From positions 1,612,001 through 1,676,000 of the forward strand of contig NC_092674.1 of the NCBI RefSeq assembly GCF_964355755.1: DNA of 64,000 nucleotides, written 5' to 3'. Shown here one piece after another: positions 24,405 to 35,600 of this stretch (the first letter of the stretch is position 1; each line of letters starts with the position of its first letter). Below the pieces are notes generated by a model, which searched no databases, was not told where the DNA came from, and was given only the letters and a program-made list of their open reading frames with translations. The position numbers were made by a program, and so were the translations under genes. This stretch comes from Antedon mediterranea (Eukaryota > Animalia > Echinodermata).

Positions 24405-24612
24405 ATATCAGGGGCCAAAACGGAGGATGAACCTAGTTGAAGACGAAGCGCTGAGTCTGATAGGGGAAAGGGAAGATGTCAGGTGCAAAAAAGGAGGTAA
24501 TGATGCACCTGGTTGAAGACGAAGAGCTGAGTCTGATAGGGGAAAAGGGGAGGAAGATGGCAGGTGCCAAAAAGGAGGTAATGCACCTGATTGAAGACGA
24601 AGAGCTGAGTCG
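24405..24612. repeat. Tandem ~80-bp purine-rich repeat (3 units)
   Basis: GTTGAAGACGAAGAGCTGAGTC(TGATAGGGGAAA) recurs three times. Confidence 0.75.
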
Positions 24613-26164
24613 CCGCGCGCGTGTTTGAATCTTTGAAGATGTTATCCCGATAGATTTTCGATTCGGTCCACTACTACAGCACCAATTTAGCACTAATAAA
24701 ACAAGATCCGTAAGTAATTATCATAATGGAAAACGGCAACGTTAGCATTTCCACTAAATACTGTAGATTAGTGCTGAGAAGAACAAAAACAATGACGCCG
24801 CAAGCAAAAGCCATAAAAACACCGTTGAGATTCCATAAAATGTAACTCAGTTCATCAACCTTGCGAGTATTTGGCTCGATCGTCATTTTTACTTTTACCC
24901 GAGCGAATTATACGTATAGGTCGGTATACGTTCTTTATTTGAGCCCGTTGCGGTAAGGAGAAACACTCGTGAAACTGTATTATTGGTGTTTAATGTAGTT
25001 AATAGAAATAACGTATAACCCGTAGTTTTCTCTAGCCATCGGACCGAATCCGAGCTCTGAAATTAACGCACGTTCAGTTTCCCGAAATTGTATCAAGCCA
25101 TCGGATCGATCCCAGTGTGAACGTAACGTATCCCAGATTTAGCCAAGAGCGATGCATTGGTGATTTTCAACGCATTTGGACTGGTATTAGTGTGATGTAG
25201 ACCAACAATATAAAACGTTCTCGGTACATAAAAACAAGGAATTTCTATAACTTAAATTCACAGCATTTTTTATTTTAAGCGGTTATAATGTCAATCAATA
25301 TTTCAATTTAATAATACAGTATTTTCATTAGCCTTCCAAGTTCCAGTCACGCCTTAGTGTTTATCCAGTTAGGCCGGCCACACACAAAATGGATGTGTAC
25401 CACATGACGTTAAGATTTCCCCTCCCACCCATAAACCAAATACCGATCTTAATTTTAAAGTATTACTTAAACTTATACTTAAAATTATATTAGGTCATAT
25501 TTTGCAGCACCACCAATTATTTGTACAAGTCACATTACAATTAATATTTGTATATTGATACATAGTTAGGCATACATCATAAATATTCATAAATACTCAT
25601 GAATATTATATTTATCACAACTGGGGGATATGCACGTAGGCCTACTCATCTATATCATTAGGCTACTAACCATTAACCTAAAAATTTGCCTTGTTATCAC
25701 TTCCCATATCATTATTACTGTATCATGATTACAACGCACATTATATACTTGTTTTGTACAATGATTATATAGAATACGATCCGAATAATGGGTATTAATG
25801 CCATATCAAATCGTGAATAAATCAAAAATCATAATAATATTGAACCACTTACATAATTAATTATACGGACCTTTTTCAAAATTACAGTAAAATAGGTTTC
25901 ACGTTTAATAAACCAGTTTACTTTTCTTATTATGCGTCAACTCGTAACGCGACGATATGGAGAATTCTGCATCCATGATTAGTAATGCAATAGGCTGCGT
26001 TTAGCGTTGTTAAGATAACATAATTGCATTTTTTGAAACGCGTTTAATACCCATTGTAGTATGCGTTTAAATGTTGACGCACCGGCATTTAGTGTAATTT
26101 AGTGTACTTAATTACTTTTTTTATAATAAACTAAAGCATGAATGCCGCTGCGTTATTAACTCTT

Positions 26165-26431
26165 AACCTTGGTTAACACTAGAGACGCAACTTAAGAACG
26201 TAGATTCAACGCAAGAACGTAGACGCAACACAATCGTGTTGACCAATGATAAGCAACAGTTCAAATAATCATCGTGATTGGTCAAATCACTTACGCTGCG
26301 TTGTTACGTCCTCGCGTCTCTAGTGGGAACCAAGCTTTACGCTGCGTTGTTACGTCCTCGCGTCTCTAGTGGGAACCAAGCTTTACGCTGCGTTGTTACG
26401 TCCTCGCGTCTCTAGTGGGAACCAAGCTTTA
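26165..26431. mobile_element. MITE with triplicated right end
   Basis: Left CTTGGTTAACACTAGAGACGC versus right GCGTCTCTAGTGGGAACCAAG. The 46-bp right terminus is repeated three times (26294-26431). A related degenerate copy lies at ~28777-28921. Confidence 0.7.
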
Positions 26432-27744
26432 TGGTGTTGATACAAACTGGCTAAATTTTCATTGCTATTGTATATTGTAAGAACCATCATTTGTCAACTT
26501 ACAAATCCTAATAATATAATTTATGGTCGATATCTATCTGAGTGGGTTTGAACACTATCTTGCTCCAAGCTAATTAGAAGTATAATAACCAATTATCAAT
26601 TCAATCTATGACTAAGGCTGAGAATAAGCATCTGCTTAAACAAACATATGTGGACTTCAATAACAGATTGTAATGTCTATAAGATTAGACAGCAGTAACA
26701 CCCCCACCCCCACAAAAAAGAGTCTGATGTGCCCAAATATGGTAGTAATATGACATCATCATATCCATATATGGGCACATCACATTTTTTTTGTCACATG
26801 TTTGATAGTGTATACACAGAGCTTAAGTAATTCGACTTCAATAATTTAAACAAATAAATTATGAAACTATGAATAAATGAAAAAGAACAAAAACAGCTAT
26901 AGCAGCACCTAATATGGCACCAATGAGCGCCCTCTCTTGGCTGGAAGACACTGATCATCTTGCTGTATAAGGGATAATCATAATTATTAATCAAACTATA
27001 AATGAAACATAATACTAATTTATGAACAACACCAACTTAATCAAATAACAAATTTGGGACGTGATGAAATAACAAATCAATGAATTAATGTAATACTGTG
27101 TTTTTTTTTCATTTTCTATACTATATCTTAGACATTCTCCACAACCTGTTCTACCCATCACATAAATCTTAATTTTCATTCTCTTTTTTAACAATTGTCA
27201 TGTCTGTTTTGTCTATAAATTAGTTTCACAATAAATATCATGTTTGTGTATAAATATAAATAAAATTGAACTGAATTTGAATTTCAATTATCTATAAAAG
27301 TTACCAATACAGGCCTAAAAATTTACAATTTAAATGTTTTCATTTCACTTTTGTCTTTTTCTAAACAATCAACATTGCAACAAACTTAAGAATGTTCAAA
27401 ACTTTTTTTTTTGTCAAATATTAAAATATTCTTCGGAATCAATGACATTATCATCATACTACAAAAACTTAAACCACAAAATACACTGTAAACTTTGACC
27501 TTTCATATTACCCGCTTTTAGTCTCAAATTGTTATTGCATCAACAACTTTCTTATATAAACAGACGCAATATTAATGCTGCTAAAGTTATAATAAACGTA
27601 TATACACTAATACTTAGCAAATCAACTGGTTAAAACTATATCTCTATTCTATTAATAATATATAATGTACAAGTCTATACAGTGGATATATTCACATTAC
27701 AGAGTATTTATCCTTAATCTTGCCTTTCTATACAATATATACAT

Positions 27745-28168
27745 TGTTTAAACCTGGTAATACAAGTTTAAACCTGGTAATACAAGTTTAAACCCAGTAA
27801 TACAGCTTTAAACCCAGTAATACAGCTTTAAACCCAGTAATACAAGTTTAAACCAAGTAATACAAGTTTAATCCAAGTAATACAAGTTTAAACCAGTAAT
27901 ACAAGTTTAAACCAAGTAATACAAGTTTAAACCAAGTAATACAAGTTTAAACCAAGTAATACAAGTTTAAACTCGGTAATACAAGTTTAAAACTGGTAAT
28001 AGAATTTTAAACCTGTTAAAAGTTTTAACTGATTTAACTTAGTACCATACAAGTTTAAACCCAGTAATACAAGCTTAAACCCGGTATACACATGTTTAAA
28101 CTTGGTTACATAAGTTTAAATCCAATAATACAAGTTTTAACCCGGTAATACATGTTTAAACCCAGTAA
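27745..28168. repeat. 20-bp minisatellite (AAACCAAGTAATACAAGTTT)n
   Basis: About 20 imperfect tandem units. Confidence 0.92.
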
Positions 28169-29532
28169 GCGCCATTAAGGTTATGTCATTATATTGATTT
28201 TGAATGCATAGCAACAAACACAATTTCAGATACGGGCATAATTTGTACAAACAAAATATATACAGTAAAATGGTAAGTCACATGGTTCTATTATGTAATT
28301 CAGAATTACATAATAAATAAACACCCAAACTTATTTTATCAGATGTTAATATGCATGCATTATTTACTGCATATAAGATAATAAACAACAGCAAACAATG
28401 TATGACATAACATTCTGAAAACTAAATAAAAAAACAGTAACAAGCTTAATTGTTGATATACTACAGACCTCTCAGCATTTCACCCACAAAGCAGACTTCA
28501 TGATAAATTATTTGTAATTTAATTTACGGTATATAAAATATTCAAGTATCATTTGTAAAATATACTTTTTTATGTTTTTATTCATAATAATAAAACATTT
28601 ATTTATGGGAATTTATATTGCTTTTAAATTTATATTTCATCCAAAAATATATAAATTCAAATCCATTACAAAGATAATTTGGCATCAATGTTAAAACGTT
28701 TTTCTAAAAATATATTTTGAACACGAAAATTTTACTGTTATTTTATGATATTCTAAATTTTAAAATTTGTGAGTTAAGTTTGGTTGGACATAACACAATG
28801 ATGTAAGCAAAACGCAAGTAATTTGACCAATCACAAGTGATGGCTAATTTGAATGGTTGATTGTCATTGGTCATTCACTTGCGTTGCGCTTACGTTGTGT
28901 TAAAGTGGGAACCAAGCTTTAGTGCACCGAATTATATTAATGCATTTTCTATACTGTAGGTTAATAAACTTCAGAGTAAATTATAGTTCATAATATAAAT
29001 AGGTCAAATACAACCATTATAAGTATATCTATGCATATGGCCTGTGGGTACTGTATATACAATACTTGTACACCTGAACTGAGAGACATTAATGGATGAT
29101 ACAACATTCACGGATAATATTGGTTGTCATGGATATCTCTAACTCAAGATTATTAACATTATGCAAGACCAATAGGAGATTAAAGTGGAGATACATTGGT
29201 AAATACATGTTGTAGGCCTATGTAGTCACATCACAGAACACAAACATTGAATAGACTAGTCAATAAAGAACAGACATATTTTATATAAAAGAAGTTTTAT
29301 ATCTTCATCATGCCTGTATTACCATGTATTATGATTACTACTTCTATTTGTAGGAACATGCCATGTGTCTATCTGTTTGTCTGTCTGTCTGTCCTGTAAG
29401 TACCTGCTAAAATATCCACTTCACTACATTTGTTCACACACAAAAGATATACAAAAATAAACATAAAATCACATTCACACTTAGAATACTCACATATTAA
29501 ATAAATAATAGATTATAAAACTATAATAAATA

Positions 29533-29657
29533 TCATGAGCAAAGCCAATGTATTGTGATTAATAAAACCAGTACGAACGGACAGTTAGTTGATAACCGCC
29601 AACATGAACTTGGAACATCTCGTGTCGAGTCACCATTAAATAAATGATTACGATAAC
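29533..29657 (-). CDS. ANOS1: Anosmin-1 terminal exon with hydrophobic, GPI-signal-like tail
   Basis: tttcag acceptor, in phase 1 with the previous exon: SYRNHLFNGDSTRDVPSSCWRLSTNCPFVLVLLITIHWLCS*. Confidence 0.72.
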
Positions 29658-32600
29658 CTGAAAAATAAATAAAATATTATTGAAATATATACATACATGT
29701 AAATGCTTATACGAGTGTGAATTCTATGGAAAATTACTTTAAAATGATGTGGCTGAACGACTAGTAAATAGAGTTTTATCTATTTGTAGATATTGTGTCA
29801 CAACAGAAACACCAACCTACAACTCCACATATAGATGCTCTTATAGATATAAACAAGTGTTTTAATTCTCCCTTTCTTATGCAAGAACAAGGATATTTCC
29901 ACTTACTTACAACTCTGCTCCTAAAAGTTCTTAAGCTCTGTCTACACTATCAAACTAGTTTGACAAAAAAGGTGTGATATTCCCAAATATGGTAGTAACT
30001 ATGGGCGGCCATTAGGGCCAAAATAGACAAACTTTGCCGTACGAACAATTCCGCTCCCGTAAGGCAAACTAATGGCGTTAAAGACATAATTCCTCGAGTG
30101 ACAAACAAATATTGCCGTACGGACACACACACACACATTGCCATATGAACAAATTGCCGTATGGTTAAATTGGCGTAAGGACAAAAATTGGCGTAAGGAC
30201 AGAAATTGGCGTAAGGACAAAAATTGCCGTAAGGACAAAATTGCCGTAAGGACAAAAATTGGCGTAAGGACAAAAATTGGCGTACAGTCTAACTAAATAT
30301 AAACGTTGAGGGTAGCATAGTATTTTAAAACCACGTGACTGAAACCACTCTGTGTCCAGTCCTGCTGGGGATTAAAAACATAATCGATCATTGAAGGCCT
30401 GTGTCAAGCTATGTCTTACTTATGGTTTTTATGGTATTAGAAAATAAATATTTGTGAGAAAACGGCGGATTGCTCCTCGGAGTCACTTTGATGGGATTAT
30501 ACTAGGGTACCTCTTTAGTCGTCCAGTATAGGCTAAGTTAGAGTAGGACCGCTGGTCCCATTTTTACTCGGAATTTATCTTTTAAATCTGAGTGTAATAA
30601 CTCAATTACGTTTTTTTATATATAGTGAAATTTGATACTGTATTTGTGAGAAAACGGCGGATTGCTCCTGGGAGTTACTTGGTGCATGAATTAAAGAAAA
30701 GAATAATATTCCTTAATCCATGCTTGGTGGGATTATACTAGGGTACCTCCTTAGTCTAGTATAAGTTAGAGTGGAACTGCTGGTCCCGTTTACTCAGCAT
30801 TTATCTTTTAAATCTGAGTCATGTAACTCAATTACGATTTTTTATATATAGTGGAATTTTATACTGTATTTGTGACAAAACGGCGGATTGTTCCTGGGAG
30901 TCACTTGGTGGGATTATACTAGGGTACCTCCTTAGTCGTCCAGTAAAAGTTAGAGTATGACCACTGGTCCCGTTTACTCAGCCCTCATCTTTTAAATCTG
31001 AGTGTAACTCAATTACGATTTATTAATATTATAGTGAAATTCGATACTGTATTTGTGAGAAAACGGCGGATTGCTCCTGGTAGTCACTTAGTGGGATTAT
31101 ACTGGGGTACCTCCTTAGTCGTCCAGATGTTAGAGTAGGACCACTAGTCCCGTTTACTCAGCATTTATCTTTTAGATGAATATGACTTGGACAAGTATAC
31201 CAACATGACTATAGTTGAGAACAGTGTTAAACGGTATCGTACATTAATGTTATTTGTTGTATTTTATTAAGTTTATCCTATTCTTTATCACTGTGCTCAA
31301 GTATACCAAAATGACTATAGTTGAGAACAGTTTTAAACGGGATCGTACATTAATGTTATTTGTTGTATATTGTTAAGTTTATCCTATTCTTTATCAATGT
31401 TCTCAAGTATACCAAAATGACTATAGTTGAGAACAGTGTTAAACGGGATCGTACATTAATGTTATTTGTTGTATATTGTTAAGTTTATCCTATTCTTTAT
31501 CAATGTTCTCAAGTATACCAAAATGACTACAGTTGAGAACAGTGTTAAACGGGATCGTACATTAATGTTATTTGTTGTATATTGTTAAGTTTATCCTATT
31601 CTTTATCAATGTTCTCAAGTATACCAAAATGACTACAGTTGAGAACAGTGTTAAACTACATCGTACATTAATGTTATTTGTTATATTGTTAAGTGTATTC
31701 TTTATTCTTAATAATTGTACTAAATTATTAAGAAAGAAACAGTAGTAAGCATAACATTTCCCCACTCCTACATTAGCATGGTAGGACATTGTAATGGTCG
31801 CAGGTGGCTCAACTTTATTTATTACTGCAATAGGATGGACATGGTCCTACTACCACCTTACCATCCAATAGGATTCCAGTAAATTTCCTTTAGGGCCTAC
31901 TACCATGTCAATCAGAATTCAGTAATTAAATGAATGAACCCCTCAAGTTAACAAGGAAATCAGCCTATCCGAATATACCAGTAGACTTCGTCGTACAGTC
32001 GTACTGTGGTAATAGTTGAGAATTCTCAATAGTCAATTTGGTATATTTTATATACCTGGCAGGACTGGACACAGAGTGGTTTCAGTCACGTGGCTTTAAA
32101 ATACCATGTGCCCTCAACGTTTAGATTTAGTTAGACTGTACGCCAATTTGTCCTTACGCCAATTTTTGTCCTTTCGGCAATTTTGTCCTTTCGGCAATTG
32201 TTGTCTTTACGGCAATTTTTGTCCTTACGCCAATTTGTGTCCTTACGCCAATTTTTGTCCTTACGCCAATTTAACCATACGGCAATTTGTTCATATGGCA
32301 ATGTGTTTGTGTGTCCGTACGGCAATATTTGTTTGTCACTCGAGGAATTATGTCTTTAACGCCATTAGTTTGCCTTACGGGAGCGGAATTGTTCGTTCGG
32401 CAACGTTTGTTTATTTTGGCCCTAATGGCCGCCCATATACCTCAACGAACACCTCCGTCTGCACTTTTTTCTTCAATAAGCTCTGTCGTCATTTCCTGGG
32501 CTATTTATACCAAAATTTTGTGGCGGGAATAATCTTCCATATTAGGAGTAACAATTTCCAAATATAGAAAGATATAATTTAACCCGGATGGTAGAAATTG

Positions 32601-35600
32601 CAGCAGATTTGTAAGGGTATTCCCATGCAAAATGCTTGCCGCGAAGTGAAAAGCGAACCGGAAGTCACTATAACTTGGCGATGCTCAGTGACCTGCGCAG
32701 TTAAAAAATATGGGCGGCCATTAGGGCCAAAATAGACAAACGTTGCCGTACGAACAATTCCGCTCCCGTAAGGCAAACTAATGGCGTTAAAGACATAATT
32801 CCTCGAGTGACAAACAAATATTGCTGTACGGACACACACACACACATTGCCATATGAACAAATTGCCGTATGGTTAAATTGGCGTAAGGACAAAAATTGG
32901 CGTAAGGACAAAAATTGGCGTATGGACAAAAATTGCCGTAAGGACAAACATTGCCGTAAGGACAACAAACATTGGCGTAAGGACAAAAATTGGCGTACAG
33001 TCTAACTAAATATAAACGTTGAGGGCAGCATAGTATTTTAAAACCACGTGACTGAAACCACTCTGTGTCCAGAGTCCTGCTGGGGATTAAAAACATAATC
33101 GATGATTGAAGGCCTGTGTCAAGCCATGTCTTACTTATGGTTTTTATGGTATTAGAAAATAAATATTTGTGAGAAAACGGCGGATTGCTCCTGGGAGTCA
33201 CTTTGGTGGGATTATACTAGGGTAGTAGGAGCGCTGGTCCCGTTTTTACTCGGCTTATCTTTTAAATCTGAGTGTAACTCAATTACGTTTTTTTATATAT
33301 AGTGAAATTTGATACTGTATTTGTGAGAAAACGGCGGATTGCTCCTGGGAGAGTCACTTGTTGGGATTATACTAGGGTACCTCCTTAGTCGTCCAGTAAA
33401 AGTTAGAGTATGACCACTGGTCCCGTTTACTCAGCCTCATCTTTTAAATCTGAGTGTAACTCAATTACGATTTATTAATATTATAGTGAAATTCGATACT
33501 GTATTTGTGAGAAAACGGCGGATTGCTCCTGGTAGTCACTTAGTGGGATTATACTGGGGTACCTCCTTAGTCGTCCAGATGTTAGAGTAGGACCACTAGT
33601 CCCGTTTACTCAGCATTTATCTTTTAGATGAATATGACTTGGACAAGTATACCAAAATGACTATAGTTGAGAACAGTGTTAAACGGTATCGTACATTAAT
33701 GTTATTTGTTGTATTTTATTAAGTTTATCCTATTCTTTATCACTGCACTGTGCTCAAGTATACCAAAATGACTATAGTTGAGAACAGTGTTAAACGGGAT
33801 CATACATTAATTTTATTTGTTGTATATTGTTAAGTTTATCCTATTCTTTATCAATGTTCTCAAGTATACCAAAATGACTATAGTTGAGAACAGTGTTAAA
33901 CTTGTAACATCGTACATTAATGTTATTTGTTATATTGTTAAGTGTATTCTTTATTCTTAATAATTGTACTAAATTATTAAGAAAGAAACAGTAGTAAGCA
34001 TAACATTTCCCCACTTCTACATTAGCATGGTAAGACACTGTAATGGTCGCAGGTGGCTCAACTTTATTTATTACTGCAATGGGATGGAAATGGTCCTACT
34101 ACCACCTTACCATCCAATAGGATTCCAGTAAGTTTCCTTTAGGGCCTACTACCATGCCAATCAGAATTCAGTAATTAAATGAATGAACCCCTTAAGTTAA
34201 CAAGGAAATCAGCCTATTTGAATATACCAGTAAACTTCGTCGTACAGTGGTAATAGTTGAGAATTCTCAATAGTCAATTTGGTATATTTTATATACCTGG
34301 CAGGACGCGATTTTTTTTTCCGTACGAGAGTTCCTCCATCGGTTCGTTTCGGACTCAATCGACTCTTCGGTAAGCCACCGATACTCACTGATGCGTGACA
34401 GCAACCACAAAACGTGAGCAGCTTCTTTGCACGAGTGACAAATTTATACATACTAGGCTATACTAGAGGCCTAATACTATACTCACTGTAAATATAATAA
34501 TAAATATTAATAGTAGTACTGAACGTCATTGTAATAATAATAATAGTCCTAGAATTTTAATAATATAATACTGTATAGGCAGCCACAAACCAATGTATGT
34601 ACACCATCAGATTCACAAACAGTAACACACACACACAGCAGCAGCACTTTGTTGGTCGTCACACTAGCAACTTAGGCCAGCTAGCCTAGCCCTACGTACG
34701 TGTGCTTCAATGTAGTACATTCCATCTACAGTACTATTTTTTATTTTAATAAAATGAAGTAGTAGGTTAGAAATTATATGTACAGAAGTAACACTAACAG
34801 ATGTTTTTATCAAGAAAATTACAATTTTCTTCAGGTTTTTAAGTGTAACATTTGAAAAATTGTATACATTTAGGCCTAGTATTAGTAACATGTATTCTTG
34901 TAAGTTGTAATGTATAGAAACACACGCTTGCTTATAAAGCGTTTAATATCGTGTTAATTTAATAATTGATGATAGTATCACATATAATTATAAGCTTCCT
35001 GGAAAATGTGTTATTATTAAATGTATTTGTACTATTGCAGTCTTGTCAGTACCGTAATTGAATGTTTTTTACTTTGCATGTATTTTTTATGATTTTCCAA
35101 ATTACATATAATAAACAATAATATTAGTTGTAGGCCTATACTCCAAAGTTGCCTATTATTAAAAGTCTGAAATCTTTTTTTCAAGATTGGGGATAATTAA
35201 TACGTACACCTTTAACGTAAAATTTCCATTACCTTACAATATAAATATTAATTTAATAATATTATTTTAAAAGGTATAAAAAACATACACTGTGCATAGG
35301 AATTCCTACTGTACATAATCATTTTAAATTCAAAAGTAATACCATGCATAGGCTTACACAAGCTAGCCTAGCCATGGGCTAGCTACAATACCATAAACGA
35401 TAAGAAAAAGAGCCTCTCGTTCGTGACAAAAGGTCGTTCAACTTCAAAAAATAATATCTGATACGACCTACTATTGGGTCGTAGACCTAAATATCTTCAA
35501 TATGCTATTGGGTTCTTAATGTAATTACTAAGTAGGCCTAGTATTTATTAATTAATGTCATCAAATCAAAACTCGTATTAGTGTAGATTTATTTTACTAT

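Noticed and set aside
30450-31700. Regularly spaced repeats resembling a CRISPR array
   Set aside because: The intervening sequences are themselves repeated (tandem ~190-bp and 106-bp units), the context is eukaryotic and there are no cas genes.
32444-32492. Possible captured first coding exon in the composite spacer
   Set aside because: The minus-strand ATG frame (MTTELIEEKSADGGVR*) stops before the putative donor.
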